From positions 25,343,730 through 25,392,253 of the forward strand of contig NC_068993.1 of NCBI RefSeq assembly GCF_001194135.2: DNA of 48,524 bases, written 5' to 3'. The notes under the pieces are model-generated. The model saw nothing but the letters and a program-made list of their open reading frames with translations, was not told the DNA's origin and made no database searches. The stretch is from Octopus bimaculoides. Taxonomy: Eukaryota. How positions within the stretch are numbered: the first letter of the stretch is position 1; each line of letters begins with the position of its first letter. A program made the position numbers and the translations under genes. Positions 1-13,390 of this stretch are shown here, piece after piece.

Positions 1-48
1 AGATTTCATTATTCTCTTTAACCCGGGCAAAGCCGGGTATTTCTGCTA

Positions 49-49
<1 letters not shown>
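1..49 (+). mobile_element. Helitron-like 3' terminus
   Basis: GC-rich hairpin ACCCGG-gcaaag-CCGGGT (21-38), then 7 nt, then CTAG|T (46-50): the canonical Helitron 3' end. Confidence 0.6.
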
Positions 50-81
<32 letters not shown>

Positions 82-82
<1 letters not shown>

Positions 83-256
83 CATCGGAAAATACCTTAG
101 GAATGAGAACCCAGGTTTGAAATTTCCCCAAGACACCTGAAGAAGGATCAGCCGAAACGGTGTGTTAACAACAAACAAGATGAGGACAAATATCCATTGA
201 ATGTAAATAATGTAAATAATGTACACAATTCCTCATCTCTTAAATATAGAACTGAA
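82..256 (+). mobile_element. Penelope-type terminal-repeat fragment with degenerate hammerhead motif
   Basis: GACAC-CTGAAGA-AGGATCAGCC-GAAAC-GGT-GTGTT at 132-166. This is the layout of the minimal hammerheads in Penelope-like element termini. Family assignment is by recall. Confidence 0.5.
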
Positions 257-523
257 TTGACCCAGCTGCCTACAATCCTCTTTTGACCCTTAGACTGTCT
301 TTTGAAGTTATCTGCTAACCTGAAAATTTATCGGGTATGAATACTTCAAAGACTATATTTCTGTGTACTGATCTGTAGTGATGAGTTATGAAAACAGTTT
401 TCATGAACCATGAGTTTGAAATGTGATCTGTTTGGATGCAGCACCTCAGAAATGAAAATTTTTGAACCTATAAGAAAGAACAAATAAGTAATAATACTGA
501 TGCCACATCTTACTATTGCTTAC

Positions 524-650
524 CTGGAGATTGAGGGAATGGATATTCTGCCACGTCTTCTTCTTCAGCTTTCTTCACGTCAACACGCTTAGGTCCTTCT
601 GGAACTGGATCATCAAAAAACTTAAGGCTTTGTAGAGCAGCACTGATATC
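524..650 (-). CDS. DNAI7: DNAI7 exon 10 ([42 protein letters not shown])
   Basis: Acceptor ttgtcttgtag|GAT, donor G|GTAAGC, 127 nt, phase 0 to 1, open frame. The remaining exons are presumably beyond position 1. Confidence 0.75.
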
Positions 651-3600
651 CTACAAGACAAACTGTAAACTGTTGGTGATGAACAAATCTCAGAAGATAT
701 GATAATCAAGGAATACTTTTTTCAGACTTCAACTTGTTGTTTCTTCAACACATTATATGGACAATATACACCTATGAGCAGGACCGATTCCATGAATGCA
801 TGACCTTTCAGGCCATACATTCATGATCCTATTCACTGCACCGTTGAAGTTTATTAAAATTCTCTCGATATTTTCAGCATAGATAGAAACTCATCATCAT
901 CATCATCATCATCATCACTATCATTTAATGTCCTCTTTTTCATGCAGGTGTGGGTTGGATGGTTTGACATGGACAAACAAGCCATAGGGCCGTACTGAAC
1001 CCCAATGTCTGCTTTGGCATGGTTTCTAAAGCTTTGATGTTTTCCCTAGTACCAACCACTTTGCAGAGTGTACAGGGTACTTGAGGTCATTGAGTACTCA
1101 CAAGACAAAGCTCTTGAACTGAGTGGAAAATAGTATTGAAGGATATGAAAGTATGAGAGAGGTGTTTTGTTGAAGAGATGAATGCACTGCTTCCCTATTT
1201 GGAAAGGGAGAAAGAGAGAGAGAGGTGTGAGTTCAAGGTACAAGATCAATAAGAGAGAAAACAGGATAGAGGAACAGATGATTAGAGACAGGGATTGAGT
1301 CGGACATAATGAATATCAATTTGGGGGAGAGAAAGTGAAGGAAGGAAAATAAGAGTGGGTCAGGGAGGAGGAGGAGATAAGGAAGGGTAGTAGGGATACA
1401 ATGTGAAGTGCAGGGAGGGAGGAGGAGGAGATAAAGGACAATGGTAGGGATACAATGTGAAGTGCTGGGTGGGGGGAAATAAGGAAAAGGAGTAGGAATA
1501 CAATGGGGAGTGTATGGGGAGGAGGAGGTGATAAAGGACAATGGTAGGGATGCAATGTGAAGTACAGGGAGATAAATGGTATCATCTACAGCACCTTAAT
1601 GAATCTTCAAATAAAAATTTGTTTAAAAAAATCTAATAAAATGTCAATCACAACAGAAACTATAATCTTTTAAGGATTGGATGACTATGTTGAGAGTAAA
1701 GAGTTATTAGCAGAATGACTTCAATATAGTCAGCAATTTTGTTACATTCTTCGAGCTTAACCATTCAGCTAAACACATCAATAAGCATTTAGAGACGGAA
1801 TTGTTGTTTGTAACTGACATTAAAAATATTAACATCAGTTTGATAAGTTGTTAACATACAGCATAACCAAACAAGATACTTAACTATAATTTAAAAACAG
1901 TTACTCCATTCACTTTATAATTAAATGATTCGTGCCTTAAAAGACTTACAACTACGAGTAAAGATGGGATCTGGTGTTCCCAAGGCTCACTGTTTTGCCT
2001 AAACTTTTCTCCAGTACATTAATAAAATGCTGTCATTTACTTCAATGTAAACACCTATCCAAATGATTCCATCCTTCACATCTTGACTTTTTGATCATAA
2101 GTGTCAACCATATCCACTCTAGATGCCACAAGTCAAACCTGTACAGGCTCCACACTCAAAGACCTGAAAAACATCCTCCAAATGCAGGCAAAACAACTTA
2201 ATATTCTTCAATAGCAAAAATGAACAACAACGGCACATAAGGGAAACAATCTTCTACTTAACTTAGACATACAACTGAAATCCTCAGAGTTATTGCAAAT
2301 CTGAGAGTTCACAATAATTGATTAACTTTCCTGCAGATTTTACTTATATAATATAGCAAAACCCCATTTTAATGACAAGGCTCCCTCTTTGAGAAAAAAA
2401 TACTTCAGCTTCACAGTTACTGATGCTCTACAAAATTCAAGTGAAACCCACATTTGGAGTGGCTCTATTGCTACACACAAAATTATCCTGCATCACATCT
2501 TTCAGCAAATGAAAGCCATCCAGCTAATTGATAATAAACCAACAAATTCCAACCTCTGACCAACAGATGTGCTGTCTCCTCACCTATCTCTCAAATGCTG
2601 TGTATTCTTGCAGCTGTCCTCAGATGACATCATGCAATGTAGTTGAATACAGAATAGTCAGTAAATATTTACTTACTTTAGCCTATCAACCACAAACACT
2701 CTCATTCGTGACTGTAAAAGTGAAGGAGAGGTAGTTTGGTATGGAGCTATATGATAAGTGAAAACTAAACAACTGACACTTTGCAAGGAACTTATCAGAG
2801 GTAAAGCAAAGGAGATATGAGAACATACAAACAGATTAGACGAGAGAACATCATCATCATAATCATCAACATTTGATGTCTGTTTTCCATGCTGGCATGG
2901 GTTGGATGGCTTGACAGTAACTGGCAAAGCCACAGGCTGAACTAGGTTCCATAGTCTGTTTTGGCTTGTTTTCTACAGCTGGATGCCCTTCCTAACACTA
3001 ACCACATTACAGAGTATACTGGGTGCTTTTTATGTGGCACTAGCACCAGTGCTTTTTATGTGACTCCAGCACTCACACCAATGCTTTTTATGTGGCACCA
3101 TGGTTTTAGGATATCATAGCAATTAAATAAAATACCTGAAAAGATGGTATACTACTGGCAGTGAAAGGGAAATATAATTGTGATACTGGTCCTACCCATG
3201 AATGCATGAAAGACAGACGTTAAATGATGATAATGATGATGATGAGGATGACAATGATGTTTCTGGTGATGTTGATGAAAACAATAATGGTGACAGAACC
3301 GACTGAACAATTTTATAAACTTGTATTTGTTCAAGCATTTGTTAATGATTTGCTTTCATTTAATTAGCGAACACTCTTCATTTCTTTCTGCTCTCAGCTG
3401 TTCATCCACTCATTCATGAAGATAAGCTGCAGTCATTTATTGGTAAATTGCCAATGTTGGCAAGTCCTTGGCAATCTGACCAATATAGAAAACTTAGGAG
3501 TGACTTAACAGAATTATGTATTCAACATTAGAGCAACAGTCATTCAAACTAAAGTCACAACTACTTGCCAATTACATCAAGTATAAGTATAATTTCACAC

Positions 3601-3857
3601 TAACTGCTATTAAAGGTGATTGTTTCTAACCTCAGCAAAATCTATCTTGTGCAAAGCTAGAACATAATGTCCATGATACAACACAGCTGATTCTACCAAT
3701 TGTCTCCCTCAAATTATAGTCCCACCCCACTTGCCTTCTTGGCAGCTAGTTTTAATACTTCTGAACTAATAGAAAATATTGTTTATTTAATGACAAGGTC
3801 AATATTTGTATAGTAATGATAAAACCAGCTATAAGTGATTCTTGTAGATCATTCCTA

Positions 3858-3907
<50 letters not shown>

Positions 3908-6900
3908 CAGACAGAGAGAGAAAGTTAATGCTTATGGAATTTGAAGTCAAGATAGAGAGAAATGTAACTGAATGTCCCATGGTTCTAAGTCTATTGCTCA
4001 ACCAATTCTACCAAAATCATTTAACTTCAAGAAAGGAGTAAAAATAACCTCAAGGGGATCAGGTGCTGCTTCCTCTTCAGGGGGTGGGGGTTCTGGTACA
4101 GGTTCTTCTTCTGGTTTCTCCTCTTTGGTTTCAACAACAGGTTCTAGAACAGTCAAAGATATAATTTAACAGTTTATGTATTTCCAAGCACAGTAAGATC
4201 TTTAACTTGTTTCAGTCATTAGATTGTGGCCATGCTAGGGCAATGCCTTGAAGAATTTTTAGTTGAATGAAATCAACCCCACTACTTGTTTCTTTTTTAA
4301 AGCTGGTACTTATTTTATTGGCCTCTTTTGCCTAACCACTAAACCATGGCAACATAAATACGAAGCCCAGTATACCCATCATGACTACTGATTAATGGCA
4401 TTTCATCCGTCCTTATGTTCTGAGTTCAAATTCTGTCAGAGTCAACTTTGCCATTCATCCTTTTGGGGTTGATAAAATAAGTATGAGTTGGGTGCTGGGA
4501 TTGACATAATCATTTCATTCCCTGCCCCGAAATTACTGGTTTTGTACCTATAATAGAAAGGATTATTATTATTATTGATATCATTCATTAACTGAATAAT
4601 TTCAATTAATTTTAGAATGTAACTTCTAGAAATCACAGTCAAACATCCTCTCTTAGAAACAACAATTAACAACATCACAACCTCCTTTATGCAGCAGCAA
4701 CAGCAGCAGCAGCAACAACAACAACAGCAGCAGTAGCACAAAAAGTTGCATTTTTATGAAAATATACTAAAGTAGCAGTTATTAAGATTTTACAATTCAT
4801 TTCAAAATGAACAAGATGTTTGCTAGAATAAAAATTACATGATTACAACCTAATGCCTGATTGTCTTGTTCTTAATTATTATAAGGACGACTCCTATTCT
4901 TATATATTGATGATGTAGAGATGAGAAATGAAGAGCTATGTACTTTGTCTTATAAAAGTTATACAGATGTTTTGAAACCATGAATGCAGTTATAAAGTAC
5001 AAAATAAAGCTTGGCAGATGTAATGGAGAAATATGTCTAACTGAATCAGTTTGTCCTAAAGTAGTTGATTCAGTTAGATGTATTTCTTTTGAAAACTGTA
5101 CCAATTTTCCATGAGTCTTCAGCATCTGGTAATGGTTACATCAGAAGGAAAGCAAATGTGTATTACATCATGATACTTTATTGGTGACATTTGTATAGTG
5201 TGTTGATGATATTGTGTATAAGTGATGCAATATGTACTGTATTTTAATGATTTTGGTGACATAAAGCATATATTAGCTTGCAACTTACCATCAGATGTCT
5301 TCCTAGTTACTTTGTAGGTTGCACATTGTTCAGATAAGTGATCAAAGGCAGTGTAAAGGAGAGCAACAGCACAGTCAGTCAGGGCCAACACTTTAGGGAT
5401 ATCAAAACTAAATCCAAATTCTTTAAACTCATATGATTTGATCCTAAGGAAATATAAAGAAATAACATAGATTTAAGATAACATCAAAGATTGTGATGAT
5501 GAGAAGTAAAAGAAAGAATGTCAATATGAAAATGGTGAACAACAAACGTTATGGAAAGCAAATGTATTAATGTATAACTACTGAAATAGTTAAATAGAGG
5601 ACTGAAATGAAAAACCAGCAAATTGTACAATGCTAAAAGAGAGTGAAATTTTTCAGTCAAGATATTCTTAGCAGATCCAAAATAATTTTGTAGAGAACTG
5701 AGTCACAGAAAGACACTGCTAGACAAATGCATGAAAGAATTTCTCAAGGAAATTATGAGAGAAACACCTGTAGAACAATTGTATACTGAAACAAGACTTT
5801 AGCACTTCTGCAAATCAGGACTGGTAAATATATTTTCCAAAAGTTAATCAAATAATTTACACTTCTCTTCAATAATGTTATGAATCACTGAATCAAACAT
5901 CAAGGTGTTTCATTAAGGATATACAATGCATTCACTGACAAAGTTCCTGAGTAAATAAAAATCCTCAGAATTACAAAGCAACCAATAAGCTGCCTGATAA
6001 CCATGCAAATTTAGTGAGGATCACATTTTTATGAGGCAAACTGGTGACACAGACTCAACAGGACCAAGATATTTATACACAATAAGCTTTCATTATGACC
6101 CTTACCCTCACTTCAATATGAGTGCAGTCTCAAGGCAGCAAGCTGGCAGAGTCATTAGCAGACTGGACAAAATACTTAGCAGCATTTTTTCTATTATGTT
6201 CTGCATTCAAATTCTGCAGAGGTTAATTTTGCCTTTTATCCTTTTGGGGTTGATAAAATAAGTACCAGTTGGACACTGGGGGATTGATGTAACTGAGTAG
6301 TCCCTTCCCCTATAATTGCTGGCTTTGTGCCAAAAACTGAAATCAATACGAGGACAGACTCAGTTATCAAACTTACCACATTAAACTAATACATACTTCA
6401 TTATTTATCATCCACATAGATACTATTTTCATGTTACTGCCTAAATCTGTGGAGAATTTTCTCTCTTTTGTTCCATTTATCAGGTCTACTTATTTGGGGT
6501 TTGATCTCATTTTCATTTCTAATTACCATTTCCTCATCCCAAAAGATTTTCTTCCCAGCATGCATCACTTATTCTTATACCATTCTTGCTTTTGCTTAAA
6601 CCAATGCTTCAATAGCTTCACTGGAATCTCTTACCCAAGTTTAAATACAACACATTTGACACATCAAATACAGTTGATTCTTCTTCAGTTACAGATCAGA
6701 TGAAAATGCTTCATTAGATGGCTGATATACATATGTGCCAGCATATATATGGAATATGACCAAATATGGTCTATTTTCCAACATAGTCCTCCTTACAGTC
6801 CATACACTCCTTCCATTGGTGTTGCAGTGCTTGGATCCCATTGATGAAAAGGCTTTCATCCTGTTGCTCAAACAAGTCATTGGCAGCAGACATGACATCA

Positions 6901-7691
6901 TCATCACTGCAATACTAGTTCTCAGCCAACTGTTTCTACATGCTGGGGAACTGATGAGAGTCAGATGGGGACAAATCAGGAGAATAGGGGGAGGTGATCA
7001 ACCAGTTCAAAGCCACAGTCATGGACAGCAACCATCGAAGCCAAGGACTTGTGTACTGAAGCTTTGTCCTGATGAAACAAAACCCCTTTTGTCAGTTTTC
7101 CTAAGTGTCTGGCATTGAAAGGCTTTCATAACTGCCTCAGTAAGTTGGCAGAGTACTCTCCATTGATGGTGTGGCCCTTTAGAAGAGACCATCACTATCC
7201 CTGCAGATGAAGTGACCTTGGCTTTCTTTGGAGCAGGAGAGAAAGAGGTTTACACTGCATGGATTGTGTCTTTGGCTCTGGCTCAAAATGATGAAGCCAA
7301 CACTCCTCCTGGATGAGAAAACGTTCAAGGAAACCAGCTGGATCTGCCTCAAACAACGTCAGATTTCCCCGTGATGTGATCAGCCAGTGCACTTTTGATC
7401 AGGTGTCAGAAGATGTAGCACCTACTGAGCAGAAACCTTCATCATGCCAAGTTCATTGTGCAGAATATTCTCAACTCTCTCACAGGATATGACAATAGCA
7501 TTGGTTATTTCATTTACAGTCAGTTGCCTGTCATCCATCAACATGTGGTGAACACGGTCAATGTTTTCCTTGGTGGTGGCAATTTCAGGATGAAGGACCT
7601 TAGATCACTTTCAAGACTCTCTAGCCTCACTCCTTTATAGTCAGCCTATGAACTTTACAGCCCACTCTTATACATGTGTGTGTGTGTATGT

Positions 7692-7728
<37 letters not shown>

Positions 7729-8135
7729 TCTGTAATATATAATATATGAATTTACATTTATACTCTGAATCAACATATTCTTGCAAAATGAAAAAAAATT
7801 GGTGCAGGTATTGTTGTTGTAGTTTTTAATATCAGATCAACCTTGATCAAGCATACATAAGAGAAAGACATTCCAACCATGATCATCCTGATTTGCTTTT
7901 TTAAAAATTTTAATTTGAATGTAGTGAATAGGAAAAGGCATGCCTGTGTGGTAAGAAGTTTGCTTTTCAACCACATGGTTTCAGGTTCAGTCCCACTGTG
8001 TAGTGCCTTGGGCAGGTATCTTCTACTATAGCCTCAGGCCAACCAAAACCTTGTTAGTTAATTTGATAAATGGAACTGAAAGAAGTTCACTGTGTGTGTG
8101 TGAGTGTGTGCATGCGAGCACGTGCATGCATATGC

Positions 8136-8204
<69 letters not shown>

Positions 8205-8756
8205 GGAGAGAGAGAGAGCGTGTGTGTAAGTGTATGTGTGACTTTGTATCTGTGTTTGTCCCCTACTACTGCTGGACAACTGGTTTTGCTGTGTTTACAT
8301 ACCAGTAACTTAGTGGTTCAGCAAAAAGACTGAGAGAATAAGTACCCCACTTAAAAACAAAAATAAGTACTGGGGTTGATTTGTTCAAATATAATTCTTT
8401 GAGGCCATACCCCAGCGTGGCCGCAGTCTAATGACTGAAACAAGTAAAAGACAGCCAGAAAAAGATAAAAGATCTCATGGCGTGTGAGTGATGTAAGCTT
8501 AAATACATAGATTTACAGTTGAATTCTGTCTTCTCAGACTAACTGGCATCACTGCCAATCCACATCAGAACTTTTCATAACTGACTGACTGATGTGTCTG
8601 CTTTGTTTATAACACTAGTTGCATCTCAAGTGCATAGTCATGGAATGTTCTCATTTTATATTTGTGCAAATTCCATGGATCTATGTTCTGTTTGTTCCAA
8701 GTAAATCTGTCAAATACACACATCATATATGTATATACATATATGATGTATCTGAA

Positions 8757-8795
<39 letters not shown>

Positions 8796-11560
8796 TAGAT
8801 TATACACATGCATGCATACACACATACATACCTACATACACACACATACGTACATACACATACATACACATACATGCATACATACACGCATACATACATG
8901 CACTATTATTATTAGTTCATCCATCATTGTCGACAATGACCAAGGTCATCACACAGGGGATGACAAGGCAGGGTGTGTCTAGATGTGGCCAATCAGTTCG
9001 ATGCAGGCTCAGAAGGCTTTGCTGCAGATCTGGTACAGGTGGTCTGTTGGGATGAAAGGCAAAGGGTTGGCTCTGGACTTGCATAGTTTGCATTTTCATT
9101 GTGCTCGTGTAATCTCTGTTTCTTAATGTAGGCGGTGGCACCACTGTTGGTGCATCTTCACCAGGAAGGGTGGTCTTGTGCTTGTATTTCCCAAGTGTTG
9201 GGGTTGATCTCAAATCTCTTCAGTGAGGCTTTGAGTGTATTCTTGAGGTACTCTTTCTGTCCACCTTGCACGCACTTGCTTTGTGCCAGTTCACAGTAAA
9301 ACAGTCTTTTGGTGAGTTGTGTGTCAGGCACACAACTCCCCAAAGGTAGCCTGCCCACCTGATCTGTGCTCTCCTCAGCAGTGTGTAATTGCTCAGCAGA
9401 TCAGCTCAAGAGAGGACCTCCATGCCTAGGACCTTGTCTTGCCAGGTGATTTTCAGCAGCTTTCTCAGGCAGTTAATGTGGAAGTGGTTTAGCTTTTGGA
9501 GTGGTATTTGGAAATTCCACTCGCAGGTGTACAGTACTGTAGGCAGTACAACTGCTTGGTACACCTTCATCTTTGTGGCCAGCCTAATACTTCATCTCCC
9601 ACACTGATTCATGTAGCTGCCCAAATGTGAGCTTCCCTTGGTAATGTGTGTATCAACCTCATTGTCAATGTTCACATCCCTGGAGAGTGTACAAAAGAAA
9701 GGGAAACAAGCAGTCCTGTGACAACCCTTGCAAAATTTCTCTCCTTGTTATCACTGGCAAGATATTTGCTAGAGACCCCCTTGACCACCACACTCAGCAC
9801 ATGAATGACTCAGTGTGGCTTCAGAAAGGGCTACAGGATAGTTGACATGATCTTTGCAGCAAGTTTTAAGAGCAGTTTTAAGAGAAGTTTTAAGGGAACT
9901 TATACATGACGTTTGTAGACCTAACCAAAGCCTTTGACACCTGAAGTCATGAGGGATTCTGGAAAATCATGGCAAAGTTTGGATGCTTGGACAAATTAAA
10001 CAATATGGTGCAACAGTTTTATGACAGCATGCTCATTCAGGAACTGAACAAGCGAGGTCTTTCTGATGCATCCCCAGCCACTAATAGAGTTAAGCAGGAC
10101 TATGTCCCCACAGCAATGCTGTTCAGCATGATGTTCTCAGCCATACAGTTGGATACCTTCTGCAGCAACAAAGAAACTAGCGTCGAGATCAGAGCCAGGA
10201 CTGATGACAAACACTTCAACCTGCAGAGACTGCAGGTGAACACCAAGGTGGAAGACGACTCAGTGTGCAACTTCCTGTTCACAGATGAGTGCACATTCAA
10301 TGTGGCCACAGAGGCCCAGATGCACTAGAGCATGAACTACTTCTCCACTGCTTGCAACGACTTTGGCCTCACGATCAGTACTCGGAAGAGAGAGGTCATG
10401 CACCAACCTGCTCCGCAGAAGCAGTACATGGAACTAACTATCTTTGTTGAAGAGGAAACCCTGAAGGTTGTTATACATGAATACACACATACGCATGCGC
10501 ATGTGCACACACACACACACACACACACGCACGCACGCACACACACAATCATACATACGTACAATCATACATACATACATACATACATAACATATATACA
10601 TACATACAAACTTTGTGGAGTGTTGCATTCATATTTTAGTATATGTGTAGCCTTTTCCTGTTCTGTGTATTTATTCTTGATATTGAAATCAAAGAGCCTA
10701 TCATATGTACATTTTATTGTGGTCTGTCATAGTTTGTTACAACTAAATTGATGTATTGATTTGTAGAAAATATATTTCTCTGTCTTGCAAATGAAACAAG
10801 AAAAGTCATTTTTGATCTGTTATTTCATATTTTCATTATTTTATATAGAAGTTATATTTCTCTACAAGAATACATAGAAATAAAATGTTCAATATTTTAG
10901 TATGGTGTGCTTTGAAGTAGATTTGGCTGTTAGCTCTAGTATGCCTAGAGACAACGTAGACATTCCCTTGTTAGTTTGTGGATATAGAGGTAGCTCAAGA
11001 ATAAGTTAAGAATGATAAGAACAAACAAAATAAGGCAAAGCCAAAGTTAGACCCCTCAATATTATAGACAGTTTCTTGCAGTTAATAATGCATTGTTTGA
11101 ATGCGAACATGAGAGCAATATTTCAGATAGACATAAACAACTGAAATGTAAACCTAACTTTACAATAAATAACTTTTCAGACTAATCTCAGAATTTATGA
11201 CTGGAGACAAATATATTGCAAAGTAACTTATAACGTTGACTACCACTGCTTCTGTGTTTAGCAGTAATTACTGAGTGCTATTTAATAAAAGAGAAAAAGC
11301 TAACCAAACTAACACCATTGGGACCAATTTCAAAAGGCATACTGTTTACATATGTACACACAAATGTGAATATATGTGCACACACATACCACACACACAC
11401 ACGTATGCATGCGGTTGCATAGTTATCAAGTTTGCATCTCAAAAGCTAGGTTTCAGGTTAGTATCACAGCATGAAACCTTGAGCCAGTGTCTTCTTGTAC
11501 TTCTGGGCTGACCAAAGCCTTGTCAGTGGATTCGGTGGACAGAAACTGAAATACACACAA

Positions 11561-11609
<49 letters not shown>

Positions 11610-12640
11610 GGTGCAGGAGAGGCTGTGTGGTAAATTGCTTGCTTACCAACCACTCGTTCCGGGTTCAGTTGCACTGTGTGGCACCTTGGGCAAGCATCTT
11701 CTACTATAGCCCTGGGCTGACCAAAAGCTCGTGAGTGGATTTGGTAGATAGAAACTGACAGAAGCCCATCGTGTATATATATGTATATGTATGTTAATGT
11801 GCTTGTGCTTGTCCCCTCCACCCACGCTTGACAACTGATGTTGGTGTGTTTACATCCTCATCCTCATAACTTAGCAGTTTGGCAAAAGAGACCCAAAGAA
11901 TAAATACTAGGCATACAAAGAATAAGTCCTGGGGTTGATTTCTTCGACTAAAGGCATTGCAGCAGTTAAATGACTGAAACAAATAAAAGAATATACATGT
12001 ATATTATTTAAAGGTTAAGCATAGGGTGTGATTTACACAGTTTGATATTTGTATTCACCCTTTTATCTTCTCATTCAGTTCTTTGCATCAACCTTCTCAT
12101 TTTTTCTCATGGTTTCTCATACACCAGTGTTCTGATTTTCAAACAGAATAAACTCTATTATCAGAGCTTAAAGATTGCTTGGAGATACAAGGCATGTTAT
12201 AAATACCTGCCTAACTACATGTCTTAATGGCAAGAAATTAAATGATATTTGTCTCTCACTGTGTGGAGTACATTTTTGTTGATCTGACCTTAAATGAACA
12301 GTAAACTATACTTTATACACACACACACATATATATAAAGGTGGTGCCCCAGCAAGGCTGCAGTTAAATGACTGAAACATGTAAAAGAATAAATAATAAA
12401 ATTATATGTCTTTTAACTTTTAATTGTTTCAGTCATTTGACTGTGGCCATACTGGAATCACCTTGAAGAATTTTTAGTTGAATGAATCGACCCCAGTATT
12501 TGTTTTCAGTTTTGTTTGCTTAACTGCTAAGTTACAGGGATGTAAACACACCAACACTTGTTGTCAAGCAGTAGTGGAAGACAAACAGATACAAACATAT
12601 ACACACCACCACCACCACTACCACCACCACCACTACCACC

Positions 12641-12674
<34 letters not shown>

Positions 12675-13311
12675 TCATTTAATATCCATGTTCTATGGTG
12701 GCATGGGTTAGCTGGTTTGACAGAATCCATTGGATCCAAGGACTGCATCGAGCTCCAGTGCTTGGCATTGTGTCTATTGTTGAATGCCCTTCTTAATACC
12801 AACCACTTTACAGCATGTGCTGGGTGCCTTTTTTCATGCCACTAGTACTATTGAGGTCACCATGCAACTTACAGTTATACAAACTGTGTGCGAAGTGGGA
12901 GGTCAGCTTCATGCAAGAGGGGAAGGAGATTAAATGGAAAAGAGGGAGTCAGAGCAGGTTCTTGACGAGAATTTGCATGGCTACTCATATTTAGTTCGAG
13001 AAGGGGAGAGAGAGAGAGAGAAAATGATTTATCTGTGTGTGTGTGTTCAAAAGTTTATGGCTCTTTGTCTTGAGATTACATGGTAGTTGCAAATGAGTGT
13101 CACTGTTATACAAGCAGTGTTCATTCATTCCCAGTATTCTGTGAAAACATGTCTGGCCATGAAACAGGTGAAGGTTGGTGATAGGCAATTGTAAATCTGC
13201 CTCAATAAACCCCATCTGACTCATGCATGCATGAAAAAGTATGCTAAAAATGGGGACCCATGCCAGCACCGAAGGCAGACACTAAATGATGATGATGATG
13301 ATGATACATAC

Positions 13312-13390
<79 letters not shown>

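Noticed and set aside
1362-1570. Repeat array as CRISPR-like
   Set aside because: Eukaryotic context, adjacent degenerate units with no unique spacers, and no cas genes.
3972-4169. Plus-strand Gly/Ser-rich ORF (MSHGSKS...[15 protein letters not shown])
   Set aside because: It is the antisense reading of the Pro/Glu-rich DNAI7 exon 9; the splice signals support the minus strand.
4442-4741. Poly-Cys ORF, or a polyQ-like CAG/CAA tract
   Set aside because: A simple trinucleotide repeat with no splice or coding context.
4850-5125. [20 protein letters not shown]... as a full DNAI7 exon
   Set aside because: That frame needs phase 0, but the flanking exons require phase 1-1. Only the 24-nt version fits.
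7935-8010. tRNA genes at the A/B-box motifs
   Set aside because: I could not build a cloverleaf; the motifs run into SINE core and tail sequence and recur as diverged copies.
8003-8333. ORFs rich in CV/HT/YI repeats (also at 10337-10751, 11453-11834, 14157-14535, 38329-38569)
   Set aside because: Translations of (GT)n, (CA)n and (TA)n microsatellites, which lack stops in some frames.
12478-12845. Poly-His, poly-Pro and poly-Gly ORFs (also 45583-45886)
   Set aside because: (CAC/CAT)n tails of retroposons, not genes.
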